In this document: positions 1-11,400 of the stretch, one piece after another | Layout of the letters: each line of letters opens with the position of its first letter | Position numbering within the stretch: position 1 is the first letter of the stretch | Notes under the pieces: generated by a model | Told to the model about the DNA's origin: nothing | The model's input: the letters and a program-made list of their open reading frames with translations, nothing else | Databases searched by the model: none | Translations under genes and position numbers: made by a program | Assembly (NCBI GenBank): GCA_965202585.1 | Contig: OZ241826.1 | Span: 27,280,001-27,344,000 of the forward strand | Length of the DNA stretch: 64,000 nt | Reading direction: 5' to 3' | Origin: Thalia democratica | Lineage: Eukaryota

Positions 1-188
1 TATTACTTGTAACTTATAAATTGTCAATACTCGTGGTAATTGATTAGACTTCAATTTTGTGAGTTCTATTTTAATTTTTTTTTGCAAGGTTATATAGTGA
101 CTTATTGTCTTAAATTAATTTAATTCTATTTTGGCTCAGTGGAATTAAATTTTCTCGTTTATATTCTGACTCTTTTGAGATAATTTAT

Positions 189-1142
189 ACGAGCATAAAG
201 TTATTGTTATAGGAAAATTTATTAATTTTTCAAAAAACATAAAACTTTAATGTCAATTATTTTCCTTATCTTAAAAGCTATCTAAAAATTTTTTTTTTAT
301 TTTAGAGAACGCAACTTTGCCTTTAATTAAAAAAAAAAATTATTTAATTTGGGGTTGGAATTATTTCATGGGGTCCCTCCAAAAATAAAGGTTTTTTTTC
401 GTTTTTTTTTAATCAAATGGTATTAGAACCAAAAATAAATATTTTTTTTTAATTTTTTTTTTTAATTTCCCTTAGTTTGCATGTTATAAAAACTCGTAAA
501 TAGTTATTTTATAAATAATGTTAATATCTTTTACTATTTGGCCCAAAATCAAAATGTAGTATATTACACTATCATTTGCCTTGGCCATTTCCTAGATAAA
601 AAATTGATAAAAGGAAAAAAAAAGTAAGTTAATAAGAATGTGAATTACATTAAATAAAAATAAAATAATTTAATTAAATTTGTTGTATATTCACATTCTT
701 ATTAATTTTTTTTTTCCTTTTATCAACTTTTTATCTAGGAAATGGCCAAGGCAAATGATAGTGTAATATACTACATTTTGATTTTGGGCCAAATCGTAAA
801 AGATATTAACATTATTTATAAAATAACTATTTACGAGTTTTTATAACATGCAAACTAAGGGAAATCAAAAAAAAAATTAAAAAAAAAATATTTATTTTTG
901 GTTCTAATACCATTTGATGAAAAAAAACGAAAAAAAAACCTTTATTTTTGGAGGGACCCCATGAAATTATTCCAACCCCAAACTAAATTTTTTTTTTTTT
1001 TTAAATTAAAGGCAAAGGTGCGTTCTCTAAAATAAAAAAAAAATTTTAGATAGCTTTTAAGATAAGGAAAATAATTGACATTAAAGTTTTATGTTTTTTG
1101 AAAAATTAATAAATTTTCCTATAACAATAACTTTATGCTCGT
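189..1142. mobile_element. 954-bp palindromic (foldback) non-autonomous Mutator-like element
   Basis: Termini ACGAGCATAAAG...CTTTATGCTCGT; the two halves are near-perfect inverted repeats meeting at ~650-690; exact 9-bp TSD ATAATTTAT at 180-188 and 1143-1151; arms match the TIRs of the element at 1163-6712. Confidence 0.9.
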
Positions 1143-1943
1143 ATAATTTATGACAGTTCTAGACGAGCATAAAGTTAATTTTATAGGCAAATTTATTAAT
1201 TTTTCAAAAAAACATAAAACTTTAATGTCAATTATTTTCCTTATCTTAAAAGCTATCTAAAAAATTTTTTTTTTATCTTAGAGAACGTACCTTTGTCTTT
1301 AATTTAAAAAAAAAATTTGGTTTTGGGTTTGAATTATTTCATGGGATCCCTCCAAAAATAAAGTGTTTTTTTTTATATATCTTTTTAATTAAATGGTAAT
1401 ATAACCAAAAATAAATATTATTTTTAGATATATTTTTTTTTCCTTAGTTTGCATGTTATTTAACCTCGTAAGTTTTTATTTTATAAATAATATTAATATC
1501 TTTTACGATTTGGCCTCAATCAACGACCGGATTTGCTAAAACTTTAAAACATAATATCAAAGAAATAAAAATAAAAAAAATAATTAAATTATTCTATATT
1601 AATTAAATTTGTTGTAATTCACATTCTTATTATTTTTTTTTTTCCTTTTATCAGTTTTTTATCTAGGAAATGGCCAAGGCAAATGATTGTGTAATATACA
1701 TCATTTTGCTTGTTTCCCTCATATTTTACTTTAAACGTTTAGGGAATTCCCCTTATTCTGTTTATTAGATAAGTTTAGTTAGACAATTTAGTAACTGTCA
1801 AGTATTAAGTAATATTGAGTCTATTAAACATATTATTATTAAACTTATATAAAACATAAAATTGATAATCAAAGACAGTTACTATACAAAATACGTTTGT
1901 CTGTTTACATTATAATATTCTATATTTATTTTTAAACAGGCCA

Positions 1944-4043
1944 ATGCCAAAATCAAGAAAATCCAGACTAACTGTTTCAATAGAAAGTTTTTGTGAAGCT
2001 CTAATTGAAACAAACTATTATCAAAAAATAGATACCACTCCTAAGATCGAATTGTTAAGGTTAGTGGCTTTGAAAGTTTATAAAGCCAGTGACTCTGTGG
2101 CCAAAACTAAAAATAGAGTAAATGTTTTATCAAAAAGATGTGAATTATTTTTATTAAACAACCAAAAGGAAATTGATACTTATTTTTCAACACACTTTAA
2201 TGGCAGTGATTCAAATTTTCCAACAAAGTTTTCTTTAAATTTTGAATTCTCAGATATTTTGAATAATAATAATACATTCATTCAACCAAAATTTAAGAAA
2301 CAATGTATTTCAAAAATTTACTACAATTAACTCTTCATGTATACTTACTTGCAAGTATAGAAATATAAAAGTTAATAAACCTTTTGTAGTTTTAAAATTC
2401 TCTTGTAACTTTCCAAATTGTCCAGCAACTTACCATTTTACATTAAACAATGATTTTATAAATAATGAGTGTGATTTAAATTTCACAATAAAACAAAATG
2501 GTCCTATACTTCACCAAAAAGGGGTCGATAAGGCAAGATTTATAAATAAAGATAAGAGAAAAGAGATAGGTAATAAACTAATTGAAGGAAATATAAGTCC
2601 AGAGGCTCTTTATTATGATTTATTGTCAGGTATTGAAATTTCTGATGACATGCTAGACAAGGAGGATGACATTAAAAAGCTGGTGCCATCTAAGAGTGTA
2701 TTACGTCAAATCAAATATGAAACATTAAAAAACAACAAATTGGATCAAGATCCTTTTATTGAATTAATTAAGTTTAAAAAATTACAAGAAAATGAAAAAA
2801 ATTACTTTATTAAAAAAATTCATTATTCACCTCTTAGGGTTTTTCTCTTCCATGATAGTATGTACAAAGTCATTAAAAAGGAAATAGAAATTAAAAATTT
2901 TCTTGACATACACCTAGATTGCACCGGCTCATTATTTCAGAAATATACAGAAAAAAGGGCATTTTATTATTCCATTGCTTTGCCTAGTATCAAAAACAAT
3001 TCCTCCTTGTCATCATGTCCTCAAATTTCAATATATGACGGCATCCTTGCAGACCACACAACCTGTTCCATAAAAAATTGGCTCAAACATTTCATTAAAT
3101 TAATAGAAAAAAAAACAGACAAAACACACCCAGTAAAAAAAGTTACTGTAGACTTCAGCTGGGCTTTCTTACATGCCTCAGTTGAAGCCTTCAACAAAAC
3201 AGATTTAAAGACCTATTTACAAAGGTCATTTGAGGTAGCAACAAAATCTAAGCTGATGTCCGATTTTTCTTTTTTTACTTTGGTAATATATGTGCTGCAC
3301 ACTTAATTAAAAGTGTAAGCACAAACCTTGGTAAAATTTCAAAGTCTAAAAAAATTAAAAATAAACTTATGTATTGTTTTGCCCGGCTTCTTAATTGTGA
3401 TAAGTTGGAGAACGCACGTGAATTTTTTTTCCATTTAGTAATAGTTTTTTTGTCGGAATACGAAACTGAACTTTTTGCAAACAGTTTAAATTTTTTAAAT
3501 ATTCAAGTTCAAAATCCTGATTTTAATTTAAATTTTTCAAATGATAACCAAGGTAAAGAATTTACAGAATTTTATACAAATTTTCAATCTGGCTTAATAA
3601 ATGGGTCACCTTATAATTTTTTTTTAAATCAAGTGTTCTGTGAGGCAGAGACGGCAATTGGTTTGTCACCAAAAAATACAAAGAGGAACTGCTTATATTG
3701 CCCTGAATTATTTACATCCTCCTTTTTAAAAAAATATTTGGCCATTTATCCATTGTGGTCTGGTGTCCACTTGGTCGAAATGGACAAAACAAGGGACACC
3801 TATTCATCAGTGGAAAATTGGTTCAGACAAATAAAAAAAAAAATTCAATACAAAAGACTTAGAATTACTGAATTTATAGAGAAATTATACCATCAGATTG
3901 GCGCCAGATGTAAAGAAAGACTAGTATGTTTAAATAAAGTTATAACAATCAAAACAATTAAACATACTAGAAAATTAGATGACATTAGCTCCAATGTTGT
4001 TCAAGAACGTTGGAGCAAAAAAAGGTGCCTGGAACCAACTTAA
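1944..4043 (+). pseudogene. MULE DDE transposase split by two compensating frameshifts
   Basis: Frame shifts at ~2263-2327 and back at ~3270-3300. Stitched protein shows a C-x4-C...H zinc-finger-like segment (FSCNFPNCPATYHF...ILH), D in HLDCTGS, D in TVDFSWA, MULE CxxH motif (ICAAHLIK, read across the second shift) and E in SSVENWF. Confidence 0.85.
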
Positions 4044-4862
4044 AAAAAAAAATCAGTTTACTTTTCAACCCCTAAAGTGAAGTGTGGGTCAGATAATTTT
4101 TATCCTCTCATAAAGAAAACACCTTTAACATTCTCCAGCATACACAATGACAACAACTATTTTAAAAATTCAGAAAACATGCGACACTTTTATAAATTAG
4201 ATACTATTTACACACAAACAATGAAAAGAAAAGATAAAGAAATAATAAATAAATTTAAAAATTGTTCAATAACTGGCAAAAGTATAAAAACACTGCAAGG
4301 TTCTCAGTGGCTTGATGATCAAGTAATTAATGCTTATTTTCAATTAGTTTGTGATAGCAGTTTATTAAAATTATTTTTTGTAGATTTTTTAAACTATCAA
4401 ACTTTTAAAAGTTACCAAAAATTAAATTTGCCTTATAGCCTAAAAAAAAGTAAAGTCTTTTATGAAGGATTAAATTTAGTTATTTTGGCCATAAATTTTG
4501 CTAAAAATAAAAATGATGGCCATTGGGGCTTTGCAGTTGTTAATATAAGAGAAAAAATCATAAGTTTTTATGATTCAATTAGAAATTATGGTAGGGATTA
4601 TTATAATGGTCATTGTGTTTGTGAAGATGTTAAGAAGTTTATAAGGACCACTAACTTCATATCAAATATACCATCATGTGAATGGCAGCTAGATTATCCA
4701 GAGACACCTCAGCAAACAGATGGTAGTAGCTGTGGTGTTTTTGCTTGTCAGCTTGCAAAACAAATTTCAAGGAACCACCAATTATATATAGAAACTAAAG
4801 ATATTTCTTTTCTAAGAAAAGAAATGACCTGCGAACTTACCTTAGGTGTTTTATTTATGTGA
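4044..4862 (+). CDS. Ulp1/SENP-family (C48) cysteine protease domain, in frame with the transposase behind one TAA (4041-4043)
   Basis: WLDDQVINAYF, HWGFAVVN (His), FYDSI (Asp), PQQTDGSSCGVF (oxyanion Gln and catalytic Cys). No ATG of its own near the start; same frame as ORFs 1944 and 3369. Confidence 0.85.
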   Translation, partial: KKKSVYFSTPKVKCGSDNFYPLIKKTPLTFSSIHNDNNYFKNSENMRHFYKLDTIYTQTMKRKDKEIINKFKNCSITGKSIKTLQGSQWLDDQVINAYFQLVCDSSLLKLFFVDFLNYQTFKSYQKLNLPYSLKKSKVFYEGLNLVILAINFAKNKNDGHWGFAVVNIREKIISFYDSIRNYGRDYYNGHCVCEDVKKFIRTTNFISNIPSCEWQLDYPETPQQTDGSSCGVFACQLAKQISRNHQLYIETKDISFLRKEMTCELTLGVLFM

Positions 4863-5078
4863 GGATAAATTTAACTGTTTTGTTGTGTGAATATTTTAAT
4901 TTTGATAACTTATTAATTTTTTTTGTAGTGTTTTTCAGATGAATTCAAGAACTCAACAAAGTTTGTCAACAGTGGTTCAAGAGTCAACAGTGGTTCCAGA
5001 GTTCAAAGTTCCAAATTTTTATTCATAAATATATTAATAGTATTTGTAAATGGTGGGTTATTGTTTATTAATTAACAT

Positions 5079-5647
5079 TAGAAATTTCTTTGAGTGTTCA
5101 ATGTTAAATTGCTTAAAAGAAAAAAATAAAAATATATATAAAAATAAAAACCAAACAAAAATTTTTAGTTCTTTTTTACATCTTATTATTTAGAAATTTC
5201 TTTAAGTGTTCAATGTTGAATTGTTTAAAAAAAAAATAAAAAAATATATAAAAATAAAAACCAAATAAAAATTTTTAGTTCTTTTTTACATCTTATTGTT
5301 TAGATATTTCTTTAAGTGTTCAATGTTGAATTGTTTAAAAAAAAAAAAAAAAAAATATATAAAAATAAAAACCAAACAAAAATTTTTAGTTCTTTTTTAC
5401 ATCTTATTGTTTAGAAATTTCTTTAAGTGTTCAATGTTGAATTGTTTAAAAAAAAAAAAAAATATATATATAAATAAAAACCAAACAAAAATTTTTAGTT
5501 CTTTTTTACATCTTATTGTTTAGAAATTTCTTTAAGTGTTCAATGTTGAATTGTTTAAAAAAAAATTAAAAAAATATATAAAAATAAAAACCAAATAAAA
5601 ATTTTTAGTTGTTTTTCACATCTTATTGTTTATAAGTTTCTTTAAGT
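5079..5647. repeat. Tandem array of ~5 copies of a ~110-bp unit inside the MULE 3' region
   Basis: Unit TAGAAATTTCTTTAAGTGTTCAATG...CATCTTATTGTT starts at 5079, 5191, 5301, 5412, 5521. Confidence 0.92.
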
Positions 5648-6949
5648 AATTTCTTTGTAGCATGCTAATTTATTGTAATGCTTAGCATGCAAATTTATTG
5701 TAATAAATTTCTTTGTAGCATGCTTATGTTTGAACAGTTTAATTGGTAATATAAGACCATTAGACTGTTAGACAAAAGTAAGCTAACAAAAATTTCACGC
5801 AAATGTCAAATGTTAAATTACCATCAACCTATATGAAGATATCTAAGTTGACTTAAAATATAAAGATACTTTTAAGGCAATTGTACAACAAATTGTCTTA
5901 ACTAATATCTTTATTAATATTATGACAACAAAATATTACTGAATGATAATTAAATTCATTCATTTATCAATTAAATAAAATAAAATTGAAAATTAAAATA
6001 AAAAAGAGTCATAAACTATAAATGTTCAATGCAATATAAATATGAATATCAAATTAAAGTAACATTTTAGCTTTAAATTCATCCATAACAGTATTACCAT
6101 CCATTATCTAATAAACAGAATAAGGGGAATTCCCTAAGCTAGTAAAATAAAATATGAGGGAAACAAGCAAAATGATGTATATTACACAATCATTTGCCTT
6201 GGCCATTTCCTAGATAAAAAATTGATAAAAGGAAAAAAAAAGTTAATAAGAATGTGAATTACAACAAATTTAATTAATATAAAATAATTAAATTATTTTT
6301 TTTATGTTTATTTCTTTGATATTATGTTTTAAAGTTTAAGCAAATCCGGTCTTTGATTGAGGCCAAATCGTAAAAGATATTAATATTATTTATAAAATAA
6401 ACACTTACGAGGCTAAATAACATGCAAACTAAGGGAAAAAAAATAAATAAATAAAAATAATATTTATTTTTGGTTATATTACCATTTAATTAAAAAGATA
6501 TATAAAAAAAACACTTTATTTTTGGAGGGATCCCATGAAATAATTCAAACCCCAAACCAATTTTTTTTTTAATTAAAGACAAAGGTACGTTCTCTAAGAT
6601 AAAAAAAAAATTTTTTAGATAGCTTTTAAGATAAGGAATATAATTGACATGAAAGTTTTATGTTTTTTTGAAAAATTAATAAATTTGCCTATAAAATTAA
6701 CTTTATGCTCGTCAATTCTAGTTTGATTTTGTCGACTAAAAATTTATCAGTTTTATTTTGACTTTAAGGGTTTAAAACTTGAAACCAACTTTAGGTGACT
6801 TAATAGAACTAAAACTCAATTCACACTCTTTTAACTATTTTTTTTTCCTATGGTACTTTGTTTAATAAAACCTTCTATTGAACGTTGATTCCACAACCGT
6901 CTATTGTCTCTGGTTTGGATTAAACTTTAAAGGCTTTAGAAAACAGCAG

Positions 6950-7790
6950 AAGGTAAATGTAATTATTGCTTTTTAAACAAAAGATGTAAAATTTACTGTA
7001 AAGTTTATCTTAATCAGGTTTTCCCGAACTTTTTGTCAAAATGCCCCCTTTTTAGAAATTAAAAAAAAATATGCCTACTTCTATCAAGGTTTCTTAGAAA
7101 GCTACCATTAAAATTGCCTAAGAAAATTTATTTTAATCATTATCTATATATCTGGTGTAGATTTCTAATCATAGCCTTCAAGTCTTAAAATTCTTTTCCA
7201 TAATATCTAGTAAAAGTTTCAAAACTACCTTTAAAGTCGCCTTAGACCTTTTTTCCTCTTCATAATCAAATCCAAGTTTTCTAGTGTAAGTTTAAATTTT
7301 TAGCCTTGGAGCCCCTTTAATGCTCATAAAAATATTTAAAATAAATGATTATTTGACATGATCTTTTAAAAGAGATTTTTGTCTAAATGAAATATTAACA
7401 CCACATATGTAAAACTCCAGTATATAAGGATATTTGTTGACTGAATTTCATACTTACTTAAAACACTAAGGTAATTTTTATTAGATCAGGGTCATGGGAG
7501 CTTTAATTTCATTAAGCTTAATAGAACAGACTTTACTAACTTTGAATAAAATCGTTGTCATAGTTTTTATTAGAAACATCGCAAGAATTGAAGTGGGTAC
7601 TTAATTATACAATAAATCTCCATTTACCATATTACTACTAAGTTAAGTATTGCAGGTTTGCCAAAAAGTTTGTCTTTCAGCAAAAAAGTCAGCATGATTG
7701 ACCTAAAACTAGCCTGAGTTTTTAATAAAATTAACAGTGTAGTACACAGAGCCAAGATCTATAATATAGGCAATTCTTATTTGAGACCTA
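6950..7790. repeat. Diverged host repeat block; direct copy ~61270-62130, inverted copies ~12400-13000 and ~31350-31600
   Basis: Shared anchors CAGGTTTTCCCGAA..TTTTGTCAAAATGCCCCC, AAAGTCGCCT, GGAGCCCCTTTA, GTATTGCAGGTT.GCCA.AAAGTTTG. Confidence 0.75.
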
Positions 7791-8379
7791 AGGTATTATA
7801 TGAATAAAAAAAGGACTTAGTATTTTAAGGATTCATAATTCTTAACAAAAAATTTATTATAAAAAGTAACATAAAATTAAACACAAAAGACTGCTCTTTA
7901 AAAAAAAAATTGTATAGCTTTTTAGGTTAGAAAAATAATTGGATCTAAAGTTTGGAATTTTTTTTAAATTCTAGATAAACGTTACCAAGCTAAATTCACA
8001 CTCGTAATAATTGAACTATGTAAACACAACAAAAATACTAGGTAGTTTTATTTTCATAAAGTTCATTAAAATTATCAGGTAAAACCTATTCAAAAAATTA
8101 TTTGGTAACAAAGATTTTACGTTTAGAAATTTTTTTAGAGCTTATAGGAAAGCATTAGAACTCTAAAGGAACTTCTTAATGTTTGATTTAACCTAGAGAC
8201 TAAATTAAAAACTGTTTTTTGATCAAAGGTTTACTTAGTAGGTTAAACAAAATGCATGTAAACTACGAAAGTAATAAAAATACTATTCTAACAACAGATA
8301 GTTTAAAATTATTATTTGGAACTTTTAAAGTTCTGATTTGAATATAGATTTAACTGTTTAACATATTCTATGAGCTTAT

Positions 8380-9500
8380 CTATTAGTATTGTGAAGTAAT
8401 CAATGATTAATTGTTCCTACGATTTTTAGTTTTATTTATTCCTTATTTTATTACAGCTTAAATACTAGAAAAAGTTTTCTTAAACAAGCTCTCAACTGTT
8501 TTGATTAAAAAATTCAAAGTTTTTATTTTGTTATGTGAGCAAACTTAATTTTATTTTCTAAACTAGAAATACCATTTATATAAACTTTATTGATTGTTAT
8601 TGAAAAAAAAACTCTTAGAGCTCTGTATTTTAAATCTAAAATCAAAAATAAAATTAGATAAAATATGAAATGAATTTTTGTTTTTTATGCAGATCCGTTA
8701 AATTTGAACTTTTTTAATAATTTAGATTATTGTGAAACGTACTTAAAGAAACTTTAAATAATGTGAAATCAAAGTATTTAAAAAACTATTAAAACATTAA
8801 ATTTTCTTTTAATAATACTTCTTATATTTGAAACATAAAAGTTCAAAAATAAATCTTTATGCAGTTTTTAGTCAATAACATAGGTACAATTCTCAGTTGC
8901 TAGGTCTTATCAACCACAATAAAAATAAAAAATGTAACTAAAGAGAGTTGTTTAATGCTTGATTATGCAAATCCAAGTATATTTATTTTATTTACGAAAA
9001 CTGCATATAAAATCTTAAAAATACGAAATGCAAGTAAACGCAGCAGGTTCATTACAGACAAACATATGGAGATGATACTTTTAATTTTTTATGTGTATAA
9101 AATTTGGAAAAAAATGACCAAAAGCTTATTATATCCTGCCTTTCTTGGTTGTTAAACATAGAATAAATATTTAAACCTATTGTTAGGGCCATACAAGAAA
9201 GGGTTTATAATATTTTTGTTACAATAGTAAACACTGGCCTTTTATATAGACCTTTTGTGAGTATAAAATAGTTTTTATAAGAAATAAAAATTTTGTCTAA
9301 CATTTTAGGAATAACTATTTATATAAGTCTTTATTAAAAACTTTGTTTAGATTTAAAAAAGTTAATAAAATTCATTTTTATTTTTAAGACATTTAACTTC
9401 AAAGTTTTGAAATTTTTTTTTTGGTACAACAATTATAAAACAATTAATTTGAGTTATCTTGAATTATAAAATCATATAAACAAACATTGTTTATTTTTAT
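8380..9500. repeat. Diverged block; direct copy ~13200-14500, partial inverted copies ~30840-31310, ~46990-47440, ~11400-11660
   Basis: Anchor GCAGGTTCATTACAGACAAACATATGGA at ~9044 and ~14173; reverse complement at ~31100 and ~47205; degenerate form at ~11620. Confidence 0.75.
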
Positions 9501-9599
9501 GAATAAAAAATGGTATGAGACTCTAACACATACTAATTTTTATAAAAATAGTTTAAGTTTTGCATATATGTTATTAAATGGACAAGTAAAAAAAAATAA

Positions 9600-11400
9600 C
9601 ATGGAATTAAATATTTTTTGCACATAAAACAATTAAATATTTATTGTTATAGAAGAAACTAACATAAAAGTACCTGGGTACATTTCTAAGAATTCTGATA
9701 AACTCATGCAGTTTTTGCTTAATGATGAAACTCAGAGATACTCAGGGCGTCATGAGCAGTGAAGGAGCCACCAGGGGGGCCATGAGGTCATAATTTGAAA
9801 CTTAAATAAGTTATTCCTGAGTTGCTTATGAAGAGCAAAAAAAAAGGTCTTGGGTGTTTACTATGGTAGTTTTTGAGTGATCTTGGTACAAGGATGCCAT
9901 AGCTTTTTTAATTCCCATAAAGGGAGCCAATTAAAAACAGTTTGGGAAACCCTGGTCTAAAAAAATTTTGCATCTGGTGTTGTGTCTACACAAAGAACCC
10001 CTGTAACATTTCATTAGTACTTTTTTCAATATATTTAAATTAGATTGACATAAAATAATAAGAAAATAATTTAAATAAATACAATTAGACTGAAATAGAA
10101 TGACAACATTAATCAGAAAAGCGGTTAGTTCTAATCAGTTTTAAAACAATAAACTACAAAACATACAATTTATACTTCTTCTGTTACCTAAATTATTTCA
10201 AAATATTTTGAAAAAAATATTAAACAAAATAGATGTTAATTTTATGATGTCAAAAAGTATCTTCAAGAATTTCTGATTTTCTATATTTTTTAAAGTAAAT
10301 ATTTTTCGTTCATTTTTGACATAACAGGGTGGCTACTTTTTTATTAAAAAAACTCTATTAAGCCAATTTTGGTTTTTTAATTGTTTTAAGTATTTTTTTA
10401 CAACTGACAAAATCAACAAAAACTAGATGTTTTACAAATTGTTAGTAAAATAAAAGGAATTAAAATTAAATAATTTAAATCACTTTCAAAGTCTAGCAAA
10501 ATTTTCCTAGGATTATCAAAAATCTTAAAGCACTTTCTATTTTTTTAAAACAAAATGGCCTGGATCATCCTGAGGTTTTATAAGTAAAAGTATTTTGGTT
10601 CTTTCTTAATATAACAGCGTTGCCGTCAACACTTCAAGTCAAACTGTATTTTTTCCAACTTTGATTTTTATTTTTAATGCTTAAAATACTCTATTAGTTC
10701 GAAAAAAATCTATAAAAGCTAGGTTCTTTAACAAAAACAGTTATAAAACAACAAAGCATTTAAATTAAATCAGGTAAATCTCATTTAAAATCTGAGAGAA
10801 ACTGCTTGAGATTGTAAAAAATATTAAAAACATCCCCAGGTTGTTATAAAATGAATTGGCCTGGGTCGTCCTGAGATTTACATAAGACTTAAAATATTCT
10901 CAGAATTCTTTAACATAATTGGTTATAAGATAACTTAGTATTGAAATCGATTAATTTAAACCTTATTAAAAATCTATCAAAAATTCCCTCGGTTTATAAG
11001 AATTCTAAAAATGTACCCAGGTACTTTTTTATTAGTTTTTCTCTTACTTAATTTAATTATTTAATATACCAAAATTATTTCAAATCCATGTTATATTTTT
11101 ACTTGTCCATTTAACAACAGGTCTGCAAAACTTGAACTGTTTTTATAAAAAATTGTATGTGTTAGAGCCTTATATTTTATTTTATCCAGTGAAAAAAATA
11201 CAATGCGGGCTTATATGATTTTGTATAATTCAAGGTAACTCAAATTAATAGTGGTATATACCGCAAGAAAAATTTCCAGAATTTAAAGTCTTAGAAATTG
11301 AACTGAAACTTTACTTGTCCGTTTAACAACAGATAAGCAAAATTTAAACTTTTTTTATATAAATTGTATGTGCTAGAGATTTGTTTTTCTCTTAAAAATA
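9600..11400. repeat. Diverged block; direct copy ~44960-46600, partial copy ~29090-29560
   Basis: Anchor CTCAGGGCGTCATGAGCAGT..AGGAGCCACCAGGGGGGCCATGAGGTCAT at 9741 and ~45082; GGCCTGG.TCATCCTGAG modules in all three copies. Confidence 0.8.

Larger units (their letters stand above)
1163..6712 (+). mobile_element. 5.55-kb Mutator/Foldback-type (MULE) DNA transposon with ~610-bp TIRs
   Basis: TIRs 1163-~1772 and ~6104-6712; 9-bp TSD CAGTTCTAG (1154-1162) / CAATTCTAG (6713-6721); a paralogous empty site with a single copy lies at 31806-31814 (reverse strand); internal transposase and Ulp1 coding sequence. Confidence 0.92.

Noticed and set aside
5079-5647. CRISPR-like reading of the 110-bp array or the LTR arrays
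   Set aside because: Units are full-length tandem copies without unique spacers; no cas genes; eukaryotic context.
9743-9954. CAGGG...GGGAAACCCTG segment as a discrete hAT MITE
   Set aside because: Only 5 bp of terminal match and no TSD; treated as part of the larger repeated block.
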